Shown here: positions 25,438-32,000 of the stretch, one piece after another
Layout of the letters: every line of letters begins with the position of its first letter
Numbering within the stretch: position 1 is the first letter of the stretch
NCBI GenBank assembly: GCA_001761425.1
Contig: CP012986.1
Coordinates: forward strand, 300,001-332,000
Source of the DNA: Candidatus Saccharimonadota bacterium
GTDB taxonomy: Archaea; Nanohalarchaeota; Nanosalinia; Nanosalinales; Nanosalinaceae
Reading direction: 5' to 3'
DNA: 32,000 nt
Translations under genes and position numbers: made by a program
Notes under the pieces: model-generated
Databases searched by the model: none
Told to the model about the DNA's origin: nothing
Seen by the model: only the letters and a program-made list of their open reading frames with translations

Positions 25438-25453
25438 TTTAGGCGCGCCTAAA
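25438..25453. repeat. perfect 16-nt palindrome TTTAGGCGCGCCTAAA
   Basis: Read directly from the sequence. It lies between the glyS 3' end and the start of the 83-aa ORF. Its core is AGG-CGCG-CCT, that is AGGCCT split by CGCG. Confidence 0.8.
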
Positions 25454-25495
25454 AAATAAAAAAGCAATGAAAAGATGTCGGCGAACAAATAAAGT

Positions 25496-25502
25496 AAAAA
25501 AA
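25496..25502 (-). terminator. T7 run downstream of glyS
   Basis: An A7 run on the plus strand (T7 on the minus strand) lies about 23 nt after the glyS stop. Further T runs follow on the minus strand. Confidence 0.45.
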
Positions 25503-25524
25503 GAGATAGAAGAAGAAAAGGCCT

Positions 25525-27234
25525 CTATTTCAGGTGTTCAGCAAGATCCTGGATTTTCACACGTTTCTGATCCATCGAGTCACGGTCTCTGACTGTTACC
25601 GTCTCAGCCTCTTCCTCAAGAGTCTCGTAATCGACAGTGACACAGTAAGGAGTACCGACCTCATCCTGACGACGGTAACGGCGACCGATATTACCTGTAT
25701 CATCGTACTTCACTGAGAGGCCTTCACTTCTCAGTTTATCAGCGACTTCACGCGCTTTCTCGCCGAGGCCTTCCTTATCCATCAACGGGAAGACAGCGAC
25801 CTCTGTCGGCGCAACTCTATCTGAGAGATGCATTACGGTTCTCTCGCCGTCTTCCACCTGTTCTTCATCGTATGCGTGCGCCAGAACAGTGTAGACTATC
25901 CTGCCGATACCGAAGGATGGTTCGACGACGTGAGGAAGGATCTGCTCACCATGTTCTTCAGTTTTTTCAACAGAGAAGTTTGCCTTCTCAGATGGAACGG
26001 AAAATTCCTCATCTTCAACTTCCACGATAACCTTGTCGGCTTCAAAGGCCTCAGGCTTCTGTCTGGCAAGCTCTTCCAGTTTGTCCTTGATCTCTCCGGC
26101 TTTATCCCCGAACTCAGGGCCTAGATAGCCCATGTCCGCGTCAACGGCTTTTTTCTCGACTACTTCTGGCTCATCGTACTCCTTGAAGACTGTGAAATCA
26201 TTCTGGGAGTATTCGTCGTGTTTTTTCAGGTCGTAACAGCCTCTGTACGCAAAGCCTGTGATTTCAATCCAGTCTCCGTCGACCTCTGCCTCTGCATCCC
26301 AGCAGTCGGTCGCGTAATGCGCTCTCTCACCTTCATTATGCTGTCTGTACCGGAAACGGTCCATATCAACGCCGATCTCTTTATACCACTTCTTTGCGAT
26401 ACCGAGGTAGTACGCAACCCACTCAGACTCGACAATATCCTCCTCGACCGCTTCCTCAACCGTTGCGTAGACGTATTCGCCGTCATCCTTCTCCTGCTCG
26501 CCTACAGGATAAAGCATCAGCTCCACATCCGCAACACGTTCAATATCCGGCTCATCTTCTTCAGGATCGATAAAATGCTCCAGCTCTGCCTGAGTGAACT
26601 CCCTAACACGTACAAGGCCTTTTCTGGGCGAGATTTCGTTCCTGTAGGCCTTGCCGATCTGGGTGATGCCGAACGGTAACTGGTTCCGGGCATACTCTTT
26701 CAATCTAGGGAACTCGACGAAGATTCCCTGAGCGGTCTCAGGCCTCAAATAACCAGTCTGACCGGATCCAGGACCTATCGAGGTTTCAAACATCAGATTG
26801 AAGTCCTCGACTTCTACATCTGTCAGGGAATCGCCACAGCTCGGGCATTCAAGATCATGCTCCTTGATCAAGGCCTCTACCTGGTCTGTGGAGAAACTCT
26901 CCGCCTCCTCGACCTCAGTGTTATCTTCAATGAGGTGATCGGCACGTGAACTTGTTCCACATTCCGGGCATTCGATTATCATGTCATCGAAGCCGTCCAG
27001 ATGTCCTGAGGCCTTGAAAACATCTTCCTGCATGATGGTCGGTGCCTCGATCTCACGGTGTCCAAGGCCTCTGGAAAAAGTTTCTCTCCACGAGTTTTCT
27101 ATCTTTCTCTTGACTTCTGCGCCTTCAGGTCCGAAAGTCTGGAAGCCTGCGACGCCACCATAAGCTTCGCTGCTCTGGAAGAAAAAGCCTCTCCTCTTCG
27201 ATAGCTCGGCTACTTTTTCAGTAAGATTATCCAT
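25525..27234 (-). CDS. glyS: glycyl-tRNA synthetase (archaeal/eukaryotic alpha2 type)
   Basis: 569 aa. Characteristic motifs are RRGFFFQSSEAYGGVAGFQTFGPEG, YLRPETAQGIFV and RNEISPRKGLVRVREFTQAE, with a C-terminal anticodon-binding domain. Confidence 0.9.
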   Translation of the reverse strand: MDNLTEKVAELSKRRGFFFQSSEAYGGVAGFQTFGPEGAEVKRKIENSWRETFSRGLGHREIEAPTIMQEDVFKASGHLDGFDDMIIECPECGTSSRADHLIEDNTEVEEAESFSTDQVEALIKEHDLECPSCGDSLTDVEVEDFNLMFETSIGPGSGQTGYLRPETAQGIFVEFPRLKEYARNQLPFGITQIGKAYRNEISPRKGLVRVREFTQAELEHFIDPEEDEPDIERVADVELMLYPVGEQEKDDGEYVYATVEEAVEEDIVESEWVAYYLGIAKKWYKEIGVDMDRFRYRQHNEGERAHYATDCWDAEAEVDGDWIEITGFAYRGCYDLKKHDEYSQNDFTVFKEYDEPEVVEKKAVDADMGYLGPEFGDKAGEIKDKLEELARQKPEAFEADKVIVEVEDEEFSVPSEKANFSVEKTEEHGEQILPHVVEPSFGIGRIVYTVLAHAYDEEQVEDGERTVMHLSDRVAPTEVAVFPLMDKEGLGEKAREVADKLRSEGLSVKYDDTGNIGRRYRRQDEVGTPYCVTVDYETLEEEAETVTVRDRDSMDQKRVKIQDLAEHLK

Positions 27235-27499
27235 ACTTTATGCACCGAGCTGGAAATTTTTATAGTCAGAACTAAACAGGTTTTGAAAGTCCGAAACCCG
27301 CAGAGTTCCTGGTTGTGAGAAACCCTGTAGAAGTTTCGGGGTTCGTAAATCACCGATAGACTGTCGATTTACGCGACAGTCCAAAACGTCCACCTTTCAT
27401 TGGTATCAAGGAAACATAGGCCTTGAATGTTAAAAGCTCTTCGTGCTTTCTGGGAAATATTAAAAACGTGGAGGTATTACATCGTATTACGGTGTTTGT

Positions 27500-28675
27500 T
27501 TGGTGAAGAATCTAGACTACGCTGAGCTTGAAGGGAAGAACGTGGTTCTTAGGACTGATCTTAATCTGCCTGTTGAGGACGGCGAACCTCAGAAAACTGT
27601 GAGGTTTGACAGGTATCTTGAAACTATCAGGAGGCTCAGCGAGGCCGGTGCACGGACGATGATCATGGCGCATCAGGGAAGGCCTGCGAGAAACGATTTT
27701 CTGTCACTGGAAAGGCATTCGGAAATCCTTTCGGACTCTCTGGATCAAGAACTGGATTTCGTCCAGTGCTTTTTCGGCTCCAGCTTCGGTGACGCAGTAG
27801 ATTCTATGGGCGATGGAGATATCTGCATGCTGGAGAACGTGAGGTTTCTTTCAGAAGAGCTCCAGAACGCACCGCCAGAGAAACACGCAGATGATTACTT
27901 TGTCCAGAACGCCAAAGATTACTTTGACCTCTACGTCGACGATGCTTTCTCCGCAGCTCACAGAAGCCATGCATCACTCGTAGGCTTCACAGAACACCTT
28001 GACAGCTACCCAGGCCCTATCATGCAGAGAGAACTCGAAAACTGCAGAAAAGTCAGAGACCAATTTGACGAAGGCCTGCTCGTACTCGGAGGAGAGAAGC
28101 CGTCGGACGTCATAGGAATGCTTGAAGAGATGATAGAGAGCGTAGACGAAGTCCTACTCGGCGGGGTACCCGGAGAACTCGCACTCAAGATCAATGAGAA
28201 GAAACTGGGGCAGAAAACAGACTGGATAGAGAAACACGGCTTCAATACAAAGGCCTCGGAACTGGAAAAGATGCTGCAAAACTACAGCGAAAAAATAACA
28301 GTCCCAGAAGATCTCGAAACCGATTCAGGCAATCACGAGGCCGGCGAAGTACCTGAAGACGAAATGACCTGGGACATCGGAGAAAAGACAAGGGAAAAAT
28401 ACGCTCAAAAGATAAAAAAAGCAGAAGCAGTCGTGATGAAAGGCCCTATGGGCGCATTCGACCAGGGACATGAAAAAGGAAGCAAAAAAATAGTAAACGC
28501 CCTGGCTGAGACCGAGGCCTACTCTGTAATAGGAGGAGGCCACACATCATCGCTCGTACACAGATACGATCACGAAATAAAAGATTTTGACCACGTCTCG
28601 ATAGCAGGAGGAGCTTTTGTAAGATTCATGAGCGGAGAAAAGCTTGCAGCGGTAGAAGCCCTCAGAAACCAGTAG
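27500..28675 (+). CDS. pgk: phosphoglycerate kinase (archaeal type)
   Basis: 391 aa. It has VLRTDLNLPV, MAHQGRP, NVRF, and C-terminal GPMGAFD...IGGGHT. The start is TTG 27500 or GTG 27503. Confidence 0.85.
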   Translation: MVKNLDYAELEGKNVVLRTDLNLPVEDGEPQKTVRFDRYLETIRRLSEAGARTMIMAHQGRPARNDFLSLERHSEILSDSLDQELDFVQCFFGSSFGDAVDSMGDGDICMLENVRFLSEELQNAPPEKHADDYFVQNAKDYFDLYVDDAFSAAHRSHASLVGFTEHLDSYPGPIMQRELENCRKVRDQFDEGLLVLGGEKPSDVIGMLEEMIESVDEVLLGGVPGELALKINEKKLGQKTDWIEKHGFNTKASELEKMLQNYSEKITVPEDLETDSGNHEAGEVPEDEMTWDIGEKTREKYAQKIKKAEAVVMKGPMGAFDQGHEKGSKKIVNALAETEAYSVIGGGHTSSLVHRYDHEIKDFDHVSIAGGAFVRFMSGEKLAAVEALRNQ

Positions 28676-28744
28676 AAAACTACAGATACAGATTTTCTAT
28701 CTTCCGAAAGTTAAAAAACAGTTGCCTCACCATAGAGAGATATG

Positions 28745-28809
28745 GTCGCTAGAGGCCTCCATAATTCGGAAAATACACTGAAGGCCTTAGGGTTTAGCGA
28801 CAGCTTTTT
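28745..28809 (+). terminator. long imperfect hairpin (GTCGCTA..AGGCCT / AGGCCT..TAGCGAC) followed by a T5 run, downstream of pgk
   Basis: GTCGCTA 28745-51 pairs with TAGCGAC 28795-801. AGGCCT 28753-58 pairs with AGGCCT 28782-87. The T5 run is at 28805-09. Confidence 0.4.
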
Positions 28810-28979
28810 CTATAACTTTATGTTCTAAGAAGCAGACCGTTCCGGTTTGCTTTGTCACTTCCAACAGGTGTCTTCTATGTTTAACACACAGGACTATACC
28901 CATGGTACATCAGGTACGCAAGGACAGCGTGAAAACCTTCAGAAGCCTTCTGGAGAGCCAGGGCCTCAAATACTGATCA

Positions 28980-30119
28980 TTGATGATAGGAACAGCACCT
29001 GAATTTGAACAGCTCTACGAACAGTCAAAAACAGGTGATATAGAAGGCCTTATAGACCAGCACTACGACAGCCTGGGCCTTGAAGATATCGATGCCCAAT
29101 GGATAAGGGAAGCGTACGAGGATGCCGGAGTAATCGACTCTGAGGACGATTATACGTTTTTGATTCCCCGTCAACAGCCTGCCTCGACAGTAGAGCAGAT
29201 ATCGATGGCACAGGTGGCAGAGATGCTCGGAGATCAACTTCAGGAAGACGGGGAGATCGGAGAATATAGTGTAGTCGGAGCGCCACTGAGTGACAAAATG
29301 TATGGCAGGAACGCGGAGAAGAGAGGATACGCCATGCCTGTCGTCGCCACAGATGAAGGCCTCAGGCAGGCACAGATCGCCGATATCAGGGACGGCTACA
29401 GCATTGGCTCACACCGGATCAATTGCGGTGAAGGCAGCCAGCAGGTCGTAGATGAGGAACTTGGAGGTGATCCAGAGGCCTCTGATCTGAGAGAAATGCA
29501 TGACAGCCTTGAGAATCCTATCGTCGAAACCCGCGGTGACTTTACAGACATCCAGAGAAGCATGATAGAGGAGATGATCGACCACGGTCAGGAGCCGGAG
29601 ATACTGGGGTTTGAGGACTCTGACGGCAAGATAGTCGGTCTGAAGTACGACGCGGAGACAGGTAGATACGAGTCTCTGGATGACAGGAGAGATATTTCGC
29701 TGTCAATGGACGAGGCCTCGAAACAAGGTATCCTCACCCCTGAGACTAACTACGAGGCACTGATTTTCCCATCCGCACTCCATGAAGAGATCGGCTATAT
29801 GCTGAGGGGCCTGGAAAACGGAAAGTTCAGGACGGAAAACACCGATGAATTGGAGAGACAGGCAGAACTGGAAGGCCTTGACACCTTCCCGTTCATAGAC
29901 GTCTCCTCACGTAAAGGTTACGATCAGGCGGTGCCTAGAGAAGTGATGAAAGAGCTTAAAGATACAAAGTTCGGCAGATCCTCAAGCCTGAAGAATAGCG
30001 GGATAGCTGTCAACATCTACCCTTCCCAGAGAAAGAGACAGGAGATCAAGGCCTCGAATGTCGAAGCGGACAGGTTCCAAGATGTCACAGAGCAAATCCT
30101 TAACATGACCCTCCGGTGA
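28980..30119 (+). CDS. hypothetical acidic protein (379 aa), no recognisable domain
   Basis: Long ORF with proteome-typical acidic composition. The likely start is ATG 28983. It ends 9 nt before the next gene, so it is probably co-transcribed. Confidence 0.55.
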   Translation: MMIGTAPEFEQLYEQSKTGDIEGLIDQHYDSLGLEDIDAQWIREAYEDAGVIDSEDDYTFLIPRQQPASTVEQISMAQVAEMLGDQLQEDGEIGEYSVVGAPLSDKMYGRNAEKRGYAMPVVATDEGLRQAQIADIRDGYSIGSHRINCGEGSQQVVDEELGGDPEASDLREMHDSLENPIVETRGDFTDIQRSMIEEMIDHGQEPEILGFEDSDGKIVGLKYDAETGRYESLDDRRDISLSMDEASKQGILTPETNYEALIFPSALHEEIGYMLRGLENGKFRTENTDELERQAELEGLDTFPFIDVSSRKGYDQAVPREVMKELKDTKFGRSSSLKNSGIAVNIYPSQRKRQEIKASNVEADRFQDVTEQILNMTLR

Positions 30120-30128
30120 AGAATAAAC

Positions 30129-31049
30129 ATGAAAGAAGAGATCATCGAAAGAGCCTCAGAACTGGCGGATCTGGCGCCGAGACAGCTCGAAAACGAAAGA
30201 AAAGCAGCAGACTTGATCGAAAAAGAGGTAGAGGCCTTTGGTCCAGAGATTCAGAGATTCCAGATCCTGGTACCGGATTTCCAGGACTGGGGTCTGAAAG
30301 CTGATGGCGAGGAGATCGAATGCCTTCCTTCAGGCCTTGAATCAGGGAAGATAAGGTCCAAAGCTCTTGTGAACTCTATACTGAACGGTCAGGGTTCGAT
30401 GAACAGGCCTAACATCAGTTTCAATCCTTATGCGGAAGGTATCTCGGTTCCAAATTTCTACGAGGCTCCTTCCGTCGCTATTAGTCCTGAAGACGTTGAG
30501 AAAGTGGTTGAGGCGAACGAGGTCGAAGGATATCTTGAGGTCGAATGGGAGAGCCACCAGTCCAGGAATATACTGGTCGGGAACTCTGAGGATCCTGACA
30601 GGATAGTCATGACCCATTACGACAGTGTATGGGGAGGATTCATCGACAACGGCTTCACAGTCAGTCTTCTTATCCAGCTGCTGGATGAACTCGATCTGGA
30701 AGAAAACCTGATTGTCTTTGCCGGAGCGGAGGAGATCTCACAGGAAAGCCCGTACCACTGCTACGGATACAGAAGATTCGAGGACGAATACATCAAACAG
30801 ATCCAGGAAGCGGACGAAATCTTCCTCGCCGACTCGCTAGGCAGAAACACCCAGAAAGTCATAAAGCAACCAGAAATAGTGGAAAAAGCCATAGTCCTCA
30901 ACAGGCCTGGCTACAGGGAAAAAGTCAGGTTCGTCGCTTCAGAGTACCACGAAGTCCTCGACATCTATCACTCACCGGAAGACACGAAACAGGCCCTAAA
31001 CAGCTACGAAGAAGCACTCGAACTCGTCAGAAAAGAACTAGGCCTCTGA
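30129..31049 (+). CDS. M28-family zinc aminopeptidase-like protein
   Basis: IVMTHYDSVWGGFIDNGFTVSLL, VFAGAEEISQES and IYHSPEDT line up with M28 metal-ligand motifs (HxDS, DN, EE, H..D). Confidence 0.6.
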   Translation: MKEEIIERASELADLAPRQLENERKAADLIEKEVEAFGPEIQRFQILVPDFQDWGLKADGEEIECLPSGLESGKIRSKALVNSILNGQGSMNRPNISFNPYAEGISVPNFYEAPSVAISPEDVEKVVEANEVEGYLEVEWESHQSRNILVGNSEDPDRIVMTHYDSVWGGFIDNGFTVSLLIQLLDELDLEENLIVFAGAEEISQESPYHCYGYRRFEDEYIKQIQEADEIFLADSLGRNTQKVIKQPEIVEKAIVLNRPGYREKVRFVASEYHEVLDIYHSPEDTKQALNSYEEALELVRKELGL

Positions 31050-31405
31050 ACCTCGCCCCAGAAACAGTTTTAAATTTTCTATTCCAGTTTCCTCCTATGG
31101 CTCAGAAGGGGGGATATTTTTGGAAGAATCTTTCCCGAAAAGAAAACGTTGACCGGGCAACAGGCCTCAAAGCCTGATGAAAATAATTCTTTGAGCCACA
31201 GCTTTCTCCAGATCTCTTCTGTAAGAAACGTTTCATGGCAGAGCTATCAATAAACGTTTCTACGGTTCAAGAATACTTCAATTGTTCTCAAAAGTTTTCC
31301 AGCTCCTGCTATATCGACTTGAAGGCCTGAAAGGCCCTTATGTTATTTAAAATTTTCTGACGTATATGTTGATGTGATCAAAGATGAGCACATCCGCTAA
31401 TTTGG

Positions 31406-32000
31406 GTGGACGTTTTTGGAATAGAGGACGTCCCGCAGTTGCTGGAAGGAGACGAGCTTGAACAGACTCACGAATCCTTCCAGCAACAGGTAAAAGATAT
31501 AGTTCAAAATCCTTCTAGATACGATAACCCAGAGGCCTTGAAAGCCGGTTTCGAAATGGAGTATACTCTACTCGACGGAAGCAACGGACAGGCCTCGGAA
31601 CAGGAACGTGACAGAATCAAGGAACGTGCTCCAGAAACTCTGGACTCTGAGCTTGCTGCATCAGTTATTGAGGCGAGGACAGATCCTGTGGTCCCTGAGT
31701 CTCTCGGAGATCTGGAGAAAGAGATGAGGGAGAAAGAGGCCTTGACCGCTGATTTTGCGGCTGAGGAAGGATTTGATCTACTCAGGTATGGTACAAATCC
31801 TTTTCCGACTGTCGAGGAGTTTGAGAGAAGTGGCGGAGAAGGCTCGCGTTATGACGTGTTTGCTTCCTTCCTGGATGAGAACAGGAACGACGATATGGTG
31901 ACCTCCAGCTTTGGGGAGAAAGAAAGTTTCGATCCACGTGATATCCATTACTCGGGTATGATCGCTTCTACCCAGACCAATCTCCAGGCCGGAGGCCTTC
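31406..32000 (+). CDS. GCS2-family carboxylate-amine ligase / glutamate-cysteine ligase-like protein (3' end outside the window)
   Basis: The frame is open from 31388 to the window end. GFEMEYTLLD and ELAASVIEARTDP resemble the GCS2 (YbdK/GshA-type) N-terminal motifs. The start is uncertain: GTG 31406 or TTG 31439, with no in-frame ATG. Confidence 0.5.
   Translation, partial: MDVFGIEDVPQLLEGDELEQTHESFQQQVKDIVQNPSRYDNPEALKAGFEMEYTLLDGSNGQASEQERDRIKERAPETLDSELAASVIEARTDPVVPESLGDLEKEMREKEALTADFAAEEGFDLLRYGTNPFPTVEEFERSGGEGSRYDVFASFLDENRNDDMVTSSFGEKESFDPRDIHYSGMIASTQTNLQAGGL

Noticed and set aside
26780-26990. CPECG ... CPSCG zinc-ribbon-like insertion in GlyRS
   Set aside because: It is plausibly a lineage-typical insertion of archaeal GlyRS. 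I cannot show from the sequence alone that it is unusual.
27290-27385. Hairpins in the glyS-pgk divergent spacer (CCGAAAC...GTTTCGG and GACTGTCG-atttacg-CGACAGTC)
   Set aside because: They could be regulatory or a small RNA, but there are no recognisable boxes or family features. I am not reporting them as a feature.
28980-29003. TTGATGA + 12 nt + CTGA (C/D'-like half-mer)
   Set aside because: There is no second box pair or terminal stem, and it coincides with the start codon region of a long ORF.
30116-30304. 62-aa basic ORF overlapping the start of the M28 peptidase gene
   Set aside because: It is an off-frame shadow. The peptidase frame has clear family motifs.
1-32000. Search for CRISPR arrays, rRNA genes, IS elements, integrases and toxin-antitoxin or restriction-modification genes
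   Set aside because: No regularly spaced direct repeats, rRNA-like sequence or matching protein signatures were seen in any frame of the ORF track.

Overview
This window looks like a compact archaeal chromosomal segment. Evidence: a tRNA-splicing endonuclease, archaeal-type AspRS, GlyRS and PGK, an archaeal initiator tRNA, an intron-containing tRNA, a C/D box sRNA, and TATA boxes about 27 nt upstream of start codons. The proteins are strongly acidic (D/E-rich), GC content is moderate, and genes are short and tightly packed. That combination suggests a salt-in halophile with a reduced genome, possibly Nanohaloarchaeota/DPANN-like; this is inference only. Gene content is mostly housekeeping: NFACT/RqcH, class I ribonucleotide reductase (nrdA/nrdB), SMC-ScpA-ScpB, AspRS, GlyRS, PGK, dUTPase, RNase HII, EndA, two tandem secreted surface proteins with cell-wall-binding-type repeats, an AN1-zinc-finger rhomboid protease, a FIST protein, an M28 peptidase and a GCS2-type ligase (truncated by the window edge). 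RNA genes are tRNA-Pro(GGG), tRNA-Leu(CAA) with a ~106-nt intron, initiator tRNA-Met and one C/D box sRNA. I saw no CRISPR array, rRNA, transposase, integrase or recognisable defence system. The most unusual signal is not a gene. The palindromic hexamer AGGCCT occurs about 130 times by manual scan, against fewer than 10 expected. It is found in all reading frames, on both coding orientations and in nearly every intergenic spacer, sometimes paired into hairpins, which resembles a highly iterated palindrome. Other points worth a second look: (1) the cysteine-containing C-terminal tail of RNR alpha sits in a separate overlapping reading frame; (2) SMC has coiled-coil arms about half the usual length; (3) decayed duplicates of tRNA 3' ends lie just downstream of two intact tRNA genes; (4) there is a decayed bcp peroxiredoxin pseudogene; (5) an orphan HypA-like protein is present; (6) there are two unusually long non-coding stretches.
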